Positions 50,278-59,503 of a stretch of DNA of 64,000 nt are shown here, one piece after another; position 1 is the first letter of the stretch; each line of letters opens with the position of its first letter. A program made the position numbers and the translations under genes. The notes beneath the pieces were generated by a model. The model saw only the letters and a program-made list of their open reading frames with translations, made no database searches and had not been told where the DNA came from. Origin of the DNA: an uncultured delta proteobacterium (GTDB lineage: Bacteria > Desulfobacterota > Binatia > Binatales > Binataceae); NCBI GenBank assembly GCA_963808235.1, contig CAWEEQ010000004.1, forward strand, positions 2,816,001 to 2,880,000, given 5' to 3'.

Positions 50278-52881
50278 ATGACACTGAGATCGCTGGGGAG
50301 GGGAATCGCGATCGCGCTACTCGCGTTTGTCGCGATTTCCCCAGTTTCAGGCGCCGCCTTCGCGAGCCAACTGGTCCTCAACAGCACCGGCGGAACCGCG
50401 AGCCTCGGAACGGATTTCACGCTGACCGGCTCGACCGTCGCAACTCCCGCCGGAACCGTGTCGATCGATTGTCCCATCACCGCCACCTTCACGGGCACCT
50501 ATGCGATCACTTACGATTGCAGTGGCGGCAGTTATACTTTCAATTCAAACGACGGCACCACCTCGGTATCCGCACCGTTTACTGCAGGAGCTTTGGTCCT
50601 CACCGCATCGGGCGGCGGACGCGGCGGCAACATTCATTACTACTACAACTTCTCCGGCAATTTCAGCGGAACCCAGACCACAAATGAAGTCGTGAACGCT
50701 ATCAACGGAGAGTCGAAAGCCTCGATCGGTCCGCTCACATCGAAGCTGGGAACGGCCACCGCGTGTTGCACCGCTACCGGCGTCAATTCGGCTTACTCCC
50801 CGGTCTACATCACCGACTCCTCTTTCTCCCAGCTGATTCGATCTGACGATCTCCAGGGGACGAACAAGCGGGTACTGGGCGGCACGGGCACCGGCGCGCA
50901 GCAGTTCTACGGGCCGCGCGGCGTCGCGCTCGACGCATCGGGGCGAATCTACGTTGCCGATGTCTATAACTGCCGCATCGATCGGATGGACGATATCACC
51001 GGCGCAAACTGGACCACGTTCGGCACCTGCGGGTCGGGCGCCAATCAGTTCAGCACTGGCGGCTTGGCCGATATCGCCGTGGACTCCAACGGAAAAATTT
51101 ATGTCGCCGATCCCTCCAACGGACGGATCGACAGTTTCGACGACATGACCGGAGCCAACTGGACCACGTATGGAACATCCGGCAGCGGCACCGATCAATT
51201 TATCGGCGCGACAGGAGTCGCGGTCGATTCGAGCAATCGGATCTACATCACCGACGCCGGCAACCGGCGCATCATCCGCATCGACGACATCACCGGCACC
51301 AACTGGACCACACTGAGCCAGTCGCCCGTCATCAACGGCTATATCTATACGTTCGGATCGCCGTCGCACATCGCAATTGATCCCACCACCGGGAAAATCG
51401 AAGTGGCTGACGGCAACAACGTGATCCGCGTCGACGACATGACCGGCGCAAATTGGGTCTCCGCCGGCATCGGCAACACCGTCCAAACACTCTCCATCGA
51501 CGACAGCGGCACCACTTTTCTCGGCGGGATGGGGCTCGCGATGCTCGACGACATCGCCACCGGCTCGGGTTTCAGCACTTCCAACATGATCACCTACCCC
51601 GGAGGCATTGTCGCGGTGCCGGTGCCCTCACCGGTGCCTGCGGTCACGGTTGCTCCGTCGATCCTGACCTATGGTGTGCAGAACACCGGAACGACCAGCG
51701 CCGCGCAGAACGTCGTCCTCACCAACTTTGGAGAAGAGGCGCTCGCGATCGGGTCCATCGGCACCACTGGCGACTTCTCGCAGAACAACAATTGCCCCTC
51801 GAGTCTGATCGCTGGAACGAACTGCACGATCGCCGTCATCTATGCGCCCACAAAGACCGGGCCCGCAACCGGCACGCTGACCATCAGCGATAACGCGTTC
51901 ACCGGTACTCAGACGGTCGCGTTGAGCGGAACCGGAACCGCGCCGATCGCCGCCATCTATCCCTCTTCGCTGACTTTCCAGACGCAAGCGATCAACACCA
52001 CTAGCGGCGCGCAGACGATTTTCCTCAGCAACTCGGGAACCGGTGCGATGACTTTTTCAGGCGCGGGAATCGCGGCCAGCGGCGACTTCGCCCAGACCAA
52101 CAACTGCGGAGCCGCATTGACCCCAGGGATAAGCTGCGCGATCGCAGTCACCTTCACGCCCACCGTTATCGGCGCGGATGGTGGCAGCCTCACGATCACC
52201 AGCAACGCGGCTCCGATCACCGTCAGCTTGAGCGGAACAGGAGCAAGCGCGGCTCCCAAAGTTGCCGCTTCGCCGGAAAGCCTGATCTTCCCGACCGAAC
52301 TCATCAACGTAAAGAGTGCGGTGCAAAAGGTTATCTTGAAAAATTCCGGGACCACATCGGTCTCGATTTCCGGCACCTCCATCAGCGGCAACTTCGCCAA
52401 GACGGGCACCTGTCCGTTAACGCTCTACGGTGGCAAGAGTTGCACGATAAGTGTGACCTTCACCCCCACCGCGGCGGGCGGTCGCACCGGCCTTCTGACC
52501 TTCTCGGTTTCCACCGGCGCAGTGACGGTTCCGCTAAGTGGAACCGGCGCCTCGACCGCGACCGGCTTCATGACCGTGTCGCCCACTTCCGTCTCTTTCC
52601 CCGGCACCGCAGTAGGAGACAACCCGGATCAGATCGTCACGATCACCAACACCAACGGCGTCCCGTCCGGGATCAGAACCATCGCCAAGTCCGGTTCCAC
52701 GACGTTCACAATCACCAAGACCTGCGGCACGACCTTGGCGGCCTACGCCTCGTGCACCGTCGACGTCACATTTAAACCGACTGTCGCAGGCAGCTTCACC
52801 GGGACCCTCACGGTTTCCGAAAGCGCCGGAACGGTGCACAAGATCCCGTTGAGCGGCTCAGCCACAGTCGGCGGCAGCTGA
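50278..52881 (+). CDS. Large secreted protein: NHL/beta-propeller repeats + ~4 Ig-like (ASH/choice-of-anchor D) domains
   Basis: Signal peptide; FYGPRGVALDASGRIYVAD; repeated DD(M/I)TG.NW; GDF.Q.NNC...CTI.V.F.PT. Confidence 0.85.
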   Translation: MTLRSLGRGIAIALLAFVAISPVSGAAFASQLVLNSTGGTASLGTDFTLTGSTVATPAGTVSIDCPITATFTGTYAITYDCSGGSYTFNSNDGTTSVSAPFTAGALVLTASGGGRGGNIHYYYNFSGNFSGTQTTNEVVNAINGESKASIGPLTSKLGTATACCTATGVNSAYSPVYITDSSFSQLIRSDDLQGTNKRVLGGTGTGAQQFYGPRGVALDASGRIYVADVYNCRIDRMDDITGANWTTFGTCGSGANQFSTGGLADIAVDSNGKIYVADPSNGRIDSFDDMTGANWTTYGTSGSGTDQFIGATGVAVDSSNRIYITDAGNRRIIRIDDITGTNWTTLSQSPVINGYIYTFGSPSHIAIDPTTGKIEVADGNNVIRVDDMTGANWVSAGIGNTVQTLSIDDSGTTFLGGMGLAMLDDIATGSGFSTSNMITYPGGIVAVPVPSPVPAVTVAPSILTYGVQNTGTTSAAQNVVLTNFGEEALAIGSIGTTGDFSQNNNCPSSLIAGTNCTIAVIYAPTKTGPATGTLTISDNAFTGTQTVALSGTGTAPIAAIYPSSLTFQTQAINTTSGAQTIFLSNSGTGAMTFSGAGIAASGDFAQTNNCGAALTPGISCAIAVTFTPTVIGADGGSLTITSNAAPITVSLSGTGASAAPKVAASPESLIFPTELINVKSAVQKVILKNSGTTSVSISGTSISGNFAKTGTCPLTLYGGKSCTISVTFTPTAAGGRTGLLTFSVSTGAVTVPLSGTGASTATGFMTVSPTSVSFPGTAVGDNPDQIVTITNTNGVPSGIRTIAKSGSTTFTITKTCGTTLAAYASCTVDVTFKPTVAGSFTGTLTVSESAGTVHKIPLSGSATVGGS

Positions 52882-52902
52882 GAGAGCGGCAATGATTGCA
52901 CA

Positions 52903-53682
52903 GTGATCGATACGCATTGCCATCTCGCCGACGCGAAGTTCCGCGACAACGTCGAGGACGTAATCGCGCGCGCGTCAGCCGCCGGCGTCGCACAGATCAT
53001 CTCGGTTGGGGCGATTGGACCCATCGAGAGCGATCGCCGCACCGTCGAAATCGCGGAGCGTCACGAAAACGTCTTCGCCGCGGTGGGGGTGCATCCCCAT
53101 GACGCGACGGACTGCTCGCCCGAGCGAATCAGCCAACTGCGCGCGCTCGCCTGTTCGAAAAAAGTCGTCGCGATTGGAGAGAGCGGCCTCGATTTCCACT
53201 ACATGCACTCGCCGCGCGAGGCGCAGGAAGCGTCGCTGCGCGCACATTTTTCGCTGGCGCAAGAACTCGATCTGCCAATCGTGATTCATTGCCGCGACGC
53301 GGAGCACCGCCTGGTCGAGATTGCGTGCGAGACCGGACTACCGCGACGCGGCGGCGTGATTCACTGCTTCACCGGAAACGCCGACGCGGCCCGCGAGTTC
53401 CTGGCGCTCGGATTCTGCATCTCGTTCTCCGGGATCATTACGTTCAAGAATTCCGCGCAGATCCGCGACGCAGCATCAATCGTTCCCGACGACGCCGTGA
53501 TGGTCGAGACGGACGCGCCGTATCTCGCGCCCGAGACGTATCGCGGCAAGCGCAACGAGCCCGCGTACGTAAATCGCACGCTCGAGATGCTCGCCAATCT
53601 TCGCGGGGTCGACGCCGCCACGCTCGGCGCGCGAGTCGTCGCGAATGCCGCCCGCCTGTTCAGCCTTCCGCCGTCGCGTTAA
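52903..53682 (+). CDS. tatD: TatD family DNase
   Basis: IDTHCH, GVHPH, IGESGLD, HCR, HCFTG, ETDAPYL. Confidence 0.95.
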   Translation: MIDTHCHLADAKFRDNVEDVIARASAAGVAQIISVGAIGPIESDRRTVEIAERHENVFAAVGVHPHDATDCSPERISQLRALACSKKVVAIGESGLDFHYMHSPREAQEASLRAHFSLAQELDLPIVIHCRDAEHRLVEIACETGLPRRGGVIHCFTGNADAAREFLALGFCISFSGIITFKNSAQIRDAASIVPDDAVMVETDAPYLAPETYRGKRNEPAYVNRTLEMLANLRGVDAATLGARVVANAARLFSLPPSR

Positions 53683-53684
53683 CT

Positions 53685-54377
53685 CTATCCGAGCGGATGC
53701 CCGCCGAAGATCGTCGGATGAAGCGCGACGATCGCAATTGTCAGGATCGTGCCCGCACCGATCGCAGCCCACGGAACGTCGGCGCTGGTCCATCGCTGGC
53801 GCCCGCTGATTAACGCCGCGAACGGCATGAACGAAGTCTTCGCCATGAACTCGCGATACCGTTCGCCGAGCTCGCTGATTTTTCGCGAGTCCTGATGCAT
53901 CCCGCCCAGAATTCCAAGCACCGGAAACGTCCCGAAGAAGATTACATCGCCCGCCCATCCGTTCATCAGGATGTGCGCCAATCCAAAAAGGGTGAATGCC
54001 ACGAATCCCGGGTGACGCGTGATCTTCAGCGCTCCGCGCGGTTCGCCCGAGCTTTTTGGTGCGCCAACTCCGCCCGGATTAGGGTTGATCAAACTCGCCA
54101 CGAACAGGATCAGCGCGACGAGCATCAGGATCCACGCGAGCCATCGGATCGGCGCGTTCATGCGCAAATACCAGAGCATCGGGCCCGCGTGCTTGTTGCA
54201 TGCGAACTCATAAATCAACGGTCCCAGCGTCGCGAATGCGACGATCGAGTAGATTCCGCGGTACGGCTGCTCGCCGACCGCGCTTATCAACCGGGGCCGC
54301 ACACTCGCTGACGAGATCGCGAAATGAGTGCCGAGAAACAACGCCGCCCAGAGCCCAATCCAGACCGTCGCGTCCAT
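53685..54377 (-). CDS. NnrU family membrane protein
   Basis: YRGIYS, ITRHP, AH.L.NG, TSFMPF. Confidence 0.88.
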   Translation of the reverse strand: MDATVWIGLWAALFLGTHFAISSASVRPRLISAVGEQPYRGIYSIVAFATLGPLIYEFACNKHAGPMLWYLRMNAPIRWLAWILMLVALILFVASLINPNPGGVGAPKSSGEPRGALKITRHPGFVAFTLFGLAHILMNGWAGDVIFFGTFPVLGILGGMHQDSRKISELGERYREFMAKTSFMPFAALISGRQRWTSADVPWAAIGAGTILTIAIVALHPTIFGGHPLG

Positions 54378-54525
54378 AACGTCCTCCTGAAAATCGCCAA
54401 CGAATCATCGCAGGATCGCGGCGCCCGTCAAATGCAGCGCGCCGGTTGCAGGTGAATGGCCGCAGCGCGATTTGGCTCAACTCACAAATTGGCTTGCGCG
54501 GGGTTGTAGTCATCAGGAGTACAAA

Positions 54526-54711
54526 ATGATGATACCGATGACCCAAAGTGATGAGGTAAGCTTCGCAGAAGTTGCGGCGCGCGGCGCGAATCGTGAAATC
54601 GGCGATGGGCTAAGACTCGCGCAGGCGTGTCTGATCGAGGAAATGCTCGGCGCAGTGTTCGGATCGATCACCCTGTGGTATCTGGTGAGTTCGTTGGCCG
54701 GCCTGGCCTGA
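54526..54711 (+). CDS. Small protein with C-terminal TM helix
   Basis: AGGAG RBS; ends 8 nt before the sigma factor ATG. Confidence 0.55.
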   Translation: MMIPMTQSDEVSFAEVAARGANREIGDGLRLAQACLIEEMLGAVFGSITLWYLVSSLAGLA

Positions 54712-54719
54712 CAAGCGCG

Positions 54720-55223
54720 ATGGCGACGTTCAATCTGAAGTTACCGCCGCCGTTCGAGAAGGCGGTCGAAAGCATGGAGCGCGAGATCATGCGCTTCCTG
54801 ATGCGCTCGACTGGCGATCGCGAGGATGCAAAGGACCTGTTCCAGGAGACCTGGCTGCGCGCCTATCGCGCGTATCCGACGCTACAGAGCGAAGACGGGC
54901 TCCGGCCGTGGGTTTTTCGAATCGCGTCGAATCTCTGCCGCAATCGCGTCCGCGACCGGATGCGCCGTGCGCGAGTCATCACGAACGCATCCGCAAACGG
55001 CGCTGCGCTCTGTGAATCGGCGTCGAGTTCGCCCCGGCCGGACACGATGCTGCATCTGAAGAGATCGATCGCGCGCCTGCCGGGAAAGCAGGGGCAAGCA
55101 CTGATGATGCGCAAGTTCGCGGGACTCGAATACGAAGAGATCGGCATGGCGCTGAATTGTTCGGTCGAGAGCGCGCGAGCGAGCGTTTACCAGGCGCTGA
55201 GAAAATTGAAGGCTGATGAGTGA
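54720..55223 (+). CDS. ECF sigma factor
   Basis: DAKDLFQETWLRA, WVFRIASN, LEYEEIG..L..SVESAR. Confidence 0.92.
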   Translation: MATFNLKLPPPFEKAVESMEREIMRFLMRSTGDREDAKDLFQETWLRAYRAYPTLQSEDGLRPWVFRIASNLCRNRVRDRMRRARVITNASANGAALCESASSSPRPDTMLHLKRSIARLPGKQGQALMMRKFAGLEYEEIGMALNCSVESARASVYQALRKLKADE

Positions 55224-56029
55224 CGAATATGAGCATCGATAAAATAGCAACACAGTTTGCGCAGACTCCGATCGACGACGAAGTTCTCGACGCGATGATC
55301 AATGAAGCGCGACGCGGTATCGAGCGCGACCTGCAACTGATTCGGCGCCCGCAGGCCCGCGTCGGTGTGATTCCGTCGCCGGTGGGTCGCCTGCTGGTCG
55401 CGGAGAGCGATCGCGGACTCGCGGCGATTCACTACCTGGCGGTGGATAAAGGGGAGCGGACGCTCGAGATGCTGCGGCGAAAGTTCGATCTGATCGAGAA
55501 CGAGGCGAGCACTCGCAGAGTCGCCGCTGAACTCGAGCGTTTGTTCAAAGGCGACTCCTCCGCGCTCGCGCATCGCGTCGATCTGACCCTGGTCGAAAGT
55601 GATTTTCAGCGCCGAGCGCTGATCTCGCTTCGCACCGTTCCCGCCGGAGCCGTGATCACATATCAAGCGCTGGCCGGCGCGGTCGGACATCCTAATAGCC
55701 AACGTGCGATCGGAACCACGATGGCGACGAATCCGGTGGCGATCTTCGTCCCATGCCATCGCGTCATTAAGTCCGACGGCACGATCGGCAACTACGGTGG
55801 CGGCGTGGACAACAAGCTGAAACTGCTGCGCGCCGAAGGCTTTCAGGTCGGGCGCGATTTGCGACTCCCGGCCCAGGCCGTGATGGGGCATCGCAAGACG
55901 CATATCTTCTGCCGCCCTGAATGCTCGGCGGCAAAGCGCGCGGACTCGTCGCGGATGCTGATTTTCGCCAATGCGAAATCGGCCGGGCACGCCGGCCTCC
56001 GCGCGTGCAAACTATGCCGTCCTGGCTGA
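55220..56029 (+). CDS. Methylated-DNA-protein-cysteine methyltransferase with C-terminal Ada Zn-binding domain
   Basis: NPVAIFVPCHRV; IFCRPEC...GLRACKLCRP. Confidence 0.92.
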   Translation: MTNMSIDKIATQFAQTPIDDEVLDAMINEARRGIERDLQLIRRPQARVGVIPSPVGRLLVAESDRGLAAIHYLAVDKGERTLEMLRRKFDLIENEASTRRVAAELERLFKGDSSALAHRVDLTLVESDFQRRALISLRTVPAGAVITYQALAGAVGHPNSQRAIGTTMATNPVAIFVPCHRVIKSDGTIGNYGGGVDNKLKLLRAEGFQVGRDLRLPAQAVMGHRKTHIFCRPECSAAKRADSSRMLIFANAKSAGHAGLRACKLCRPG

Positions 56030-56046
56030 GTGCGGACTCGAGCGCG

Positions 56047-56084
56047 AAAAAAAAGGCGACGCCGAATCCGGCGCCGCCCTTTTC
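56047..56084. terminator. Bidirectional terminator
   Basis: A-run, ggcgacgccg/cggcgccgcc stem, T-run between convergent genes. Confidence 0.7.
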
Positions 56085-56106
56085 GTTTGTAGGATCGTGC
56101 GGGCGT

Positions 56107-56457
56107 TTACTCGGTCTCGCCCTGCTGCTTCATCTGCTGAATCTGCATCCGCTGCGACTCGATCTCCTGCTGCTGCTGATTCACCTGGGCCTGAGTCTGA
56201 GCGTTGGCGTTCTGCTGATTCTGCATCGAGTTGCCGACTACATAGCCGGTGCCGCCGCCCAGCGCTCCGCCGATCAATGCGCCCGCCAGCGGATGACCCA
56301 CTGCCGCGCCAACCAGCGCCCCGCCGCCCGCGCCGAGCGCGGTGCCGCCGAGAGTCCCTTCTTCACGGGTCGAGAGCGGCTGCCCGGAGCATCCCGCGAG
56401 AACCAGCGCGCCCACCAACGCGATACTTGCAATTACCCCAATTTTCTTGCGCTTCAT
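56107..56457 (-). CDS. Glycine-zipper lipoprotein
   Basis: LAGC SGQPLSTRE, Gly zipper, Gln-rich coiled coil. Confidence 0.85.
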   Translation of the reverse strand: MKRKKIGVIASIALVGALVLAGCSGQPLSTREEGTLGGTALGAGGGALVGAAVGHPLAGALIGGALGGGTGYVVGNSMQNQQNANAQTQAQVNQQQQEIESQRMQIQQMKQQGETE

Positions 56458-56565
56458 AAAGAGAATCTCCTTCATCCACTGACTATACGTAAGCTGGGGC
56501 GATTTGGTTTCCTCTTTGCCCCGTATTGTTCCTGATCTCTGCCCTTGTCGCTTTATTCCCGTTTC

Positions 56566-56919
56566 CTATTCCGTCTCGCTCGTACTCTTCAATTGCTGAA
56601 TCTGCTGGCGCTGATTTTCGATTTCGCTCTGCTGAGACTTAAGTTGGCTCTGCGTCTGCGCCTGCTGCGTTTCGTTATTTTGCATCTCGTTCCCGACCAC
56701 GTATCCGCCTACTCCTCCAACGCCGGCGCCGATCGCAGCGCCCGCAAGCGGAGCACCTACTGCTGCTCCGATAATTGCGCCAGTAGCGGCCCCGAGACCG
56801 GTGCCGATGAAAGTCCCCTTCTCTCGGGTCGATAGCGGCTGTCCCGAGCATGCGGTGACCGCCACTATTGCAGCCGCTACGAATAACCCTTTGATTACCG
56901 ATGCTGCATGTCTTCGCAC
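56566..56919 (-). CDS. Glycine-zipper lipoprotein (tandem paralog)
   Basis: VTAC SGQPLSTRE, same architecture; GGAGG RBS before GTG. Confidence 0.85.
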   Translation of the reverse strand: MRRHAASVIKGLFVAAAIVAVTACSGQPLSTREKGTFIGTGLGAATGAIIGAAVGAPLAGAAIGAGVGGVGGYVVGNEMQNNETQQAQTQSQLKSQQSEIENQRQQIQQLKSTSETE

Positions 56920-57145
56920 GGACTTCCTCCTCCCAGTTGAGCAGTTTTCGTGCCGCCGTTCTAAACTCAGAAATTCGCGGCCAGTGGCGTGGTGTTCAAT
57001 CATTGGTCGTACAGTTTTCTACCTTCTGCGACTGCGATCAACCCTTTTGCTGCACAGATTCTACCATGGAATTCTTACCGAGTCGCAGACTTTTGCGCAC
57101 GTAGAGCGCACATAAACAAACATTTATTGCGCAAGTCTGGATTGG

Positions 57146-57961
57146 TTACGGCAATAACGCGAACATCCGCGTGGGGCCGCCTGTGCCGTCACCGATCTTC
57201 ATCGGGATGCAGAATATCGTCGCGCCCTTGGCCGGCAGCTTTTCGGCGTGCGCGAGGTTCTCGAAGCCGGGTTTGTTCGCACCGAGCCAGAGCCGATGCA
57301 CCGGGAAGTCCTTCGAGTTGCCGGGATCCATGCTTGCGGTATCGATCGCAATCGCGACGACGCGTCGATTCTTCAGAAGGAAATCTACCGCAGCGGCCGA
57401 GTAGCCCGGAAAGCGCAAGCCCGCAACGTCGCCAGGTTTGTCGGTGCCCATGTAGCGCTTCCTGTCAGGCCAGTACTTGCCCCATCCCGAGCGCGCTACG
57501 ACGATCGCGCCGTCGGGAATCTGGCCGTATGCGGATTCGTACGCCTTGATGTCATCGACGGTCAGCATCGCGTCGGGGTCGGTCGCCGCTCGCGCCGAAA
57601 AATCGATCACGGCTGCGGGCCCGATACAGTCCGTCAGTGGAACCTTGTCGAGAGTAATCCCGTCGGCATTGAAGTGCCGCGGCGCATCGCTATGCGTACC
57701 GCCATGTTCGGGCGCGGCGTAATTCGCCGACGCGTAAAAATAGTGCTCGGGAGTTTCACCGTTCTTTTCAAACTGATGCACGAAACCCTTTTCGGTCGGC
57801 CAATAGATCGTGTGCTCGTCGAAGGTATAGGTGAGGTCGACTATTTTTGTGGTGTCAATCATGTTCCCAGCCCAACCGGCTCGCGCAGCGCCGAGCGCAA
57901 ACAGCAAAATTGCGAGTCCCACACCTTTTTCAATTTTCATCCAAGGCGCTCCAGGAGCCAT
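57146..57961 (-). CDS. Cyclase/kynurenine-formamidase family metallohydrolase, secreted
   Basis: EHGGTHSDAP.HF, IDTASMD, ENL. Confidence 0.9.
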   Translation of the reverse strand: MAPGAPWMKIEKGVGLAILLFALGAARAGWAGNMIDTTKIVDLTYTFDEHTIYWPTEKGFVHQFEKNGETPEHYFYASANYAAPEHGGTHSDAPRHFNADGITLDKVPLTDCIGPAAVIDFSARAATDPDAMLTVDDIKAYESAYGQIPDGAIVVARSGWGKYWPDRKRYMGTDKPGDVAGLRFPGYSAAAVDFLLKNRRVVAIAIDTASMDPGNSKDFPVHRLWLGANKPGFENLAHAEKLPAKGATIFCIPMKIGDGTGGPTRMFALLP

Positions 57962-57975
57962 CTCCGCCCCTCCTA

Positions 57976-59295
57976 TTACTGAACGAGGAACAGATGCCAT
58001 TCGTCCGGCACGCCCTTGAGGCCATGCATTCCCCGATCGGCGAAGCGCAGTCCCGAGCCGGCGACCAAGTCTCGAACGGTGCTCGAAACCAGCACTTCGT
58101 CCGGTTCTGCAGTTGCCGCGACGCGCGCCGCAATATGCACCGCGATACCGCCGATATTGTCTCCGATCAGCTCGCACTCCCCGGTATGGAGTCCGGTCCG
58201 GACCTCTAGTCCCAGAGGACGCAATCTTTCGCGCACCGAACAGGCGCATCGTATCGCCCGATTCGGCCCATCGAAGGTGGCGAGCAGCCCATCGCCTGCG
58301 GTGTTCACCTCGCGGCCGCGAAAAACAGCGAGCTCCTTTCGCACCGCCGCATAGTAGTCGTTGAGCAGATTGCGCCATCTCGAGTCGCCCATCTCCGCAG
58401 CGCGCTCGGTGGAGCGGACTATATCGGTGAACATCACGGTCGCGAGCACCCGGTCCGGCTCCGGGCGATGGCGCACGCCGGTAATGAATTCCTCGATCTC
58501 GTCTAGAAGGAGGTCCAGCGCATCCCGATCGAGGGCTTGGAGCAAATGGTCCTCGCCAGGGAGCTCGACGTACTTCGCCCCGGAGATCTTCTGAGCCATG
58601 TCGCGCCCGCATGCGACCGGGATCGTCGAATCATCCTTGCGATGGATAATCAAGGTCGGCACCCGGATCGAAGGCAGCAAGTGACGGACATCGCTTTCGC
58701 AGTCGGCTTGAAACAGCGCATGGATAGCTCCCGGACTCGCCGCGGCTCGCTCGAGCCGGCCAAACCACTGGACGAAGGCTTTGTTCTCGCGCATGCTCGG
58801 CGCATTGATAGCGACCATGACGCCCTCGCCCCAGTGCGCATCCAGTGTGGCGAGGAATAGATCCTGTCGTTCCTGGGGCAGCGACCATGGTTCACCCTTA
58901 ATCGACGCATAGCTGCCGAACAGCACGAGGGCCGACGTTCGCTCGGGGTAGGTGGCGGCAAACATCAATGACATCGGGCCGCCTTCCGACCAGCCAAAAA
59001 CGGTCGCGCGCTTCGAGCCGGCCGCATCCAGGACCGCATGCACGTCTCCGATACGCTCTTCGAGGGTGTGCTCGGCAACCCGGTCGGAAAGCCCCTGTCC
59101 ACGTTTGTCGAATACGATTACGCGCGCGAATGAGGTGAGTCTTTTCAGGATGTACTCGTTCGCCGGCAGTTCCCAGTACAGTTCGACATGCGAGAGCGTT
59201 CCCGGCAACAGTATGATGTCGCGCGGGCCGTCACCGAAAATCCGGTACGCAATGTGAACGTCGCCACTCCTGGCGTACTTGGTTTCAGCTTCCAT
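57976..59295 (-). CDS. Alpha/beta hydrolase-class III adenylate cyclase fusion (LipJ-like)
   Basis: FDKRGQGLSD, GWSEGG; TVMFTDIV, AGDG, GLHTGE, AARV. Confidence 0.92.
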   Translation of the reverse strand: MEAETKYARSGDVHIAYRIFGDGPRDIILLPGTLSHVELYWELPANEYILKRLTSFARVIVFDKRGQGLSDRVAEHTLEERIGDVHAVLDAAGSKRATVFGWSEGGPMSLMFAATYPERTSALVLFGSYASIKGEPWSLPQERQDLFLATLDAHWGEGVMVAINAPSMRENKAFVQWFGRLERAAASPGAIHALFQADCESDVRHLLPSIRVPTLIIHRKDDSTIPVACGRDMAQKISGAKYVELPGEDHLLQALDRDALDLLLDEIEEFITGVRHRPEPDRVLATVMFTDIVRSTERAAEMGDSRWRNLLNDYYAAVRKELAVFRGREVNTAGDGLLATFDGPNRAIRCACSVRERLRPLGLEVRTGLHTGECELIGDNIGGIAVHIAARVAATAEPDEVLVSSTVRDLVAGSGLRFADRGMHGLKGVPDEWHLFLVQ

Positions 59296-59503
59296 GACGG
59301 CTCGGCCTTCCGGCCAACACTAAGCGCGCGCAACACTCGCCCTTTTTTCCTACCCGATCCACGCACTCACTACCATCCGATCATTAGCGCACACTCCTCG
59401 CGATTATTCCCCACGCGCGCTTGTTCCCCCTTCCGTCAAGGGAAGGGATTAGAGGTTAGGTCAGCCGAGGCTCGAGCAAAATTTCTAAATCATTCCCAGT
59501 GCC

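Noticed and set aside
57146-58612. 488-aa ORF
   Set aside because: The N-terminal part is an alternative frame of the adenylate cyclase gene; the real cyclase-family gene starts at ~57961.
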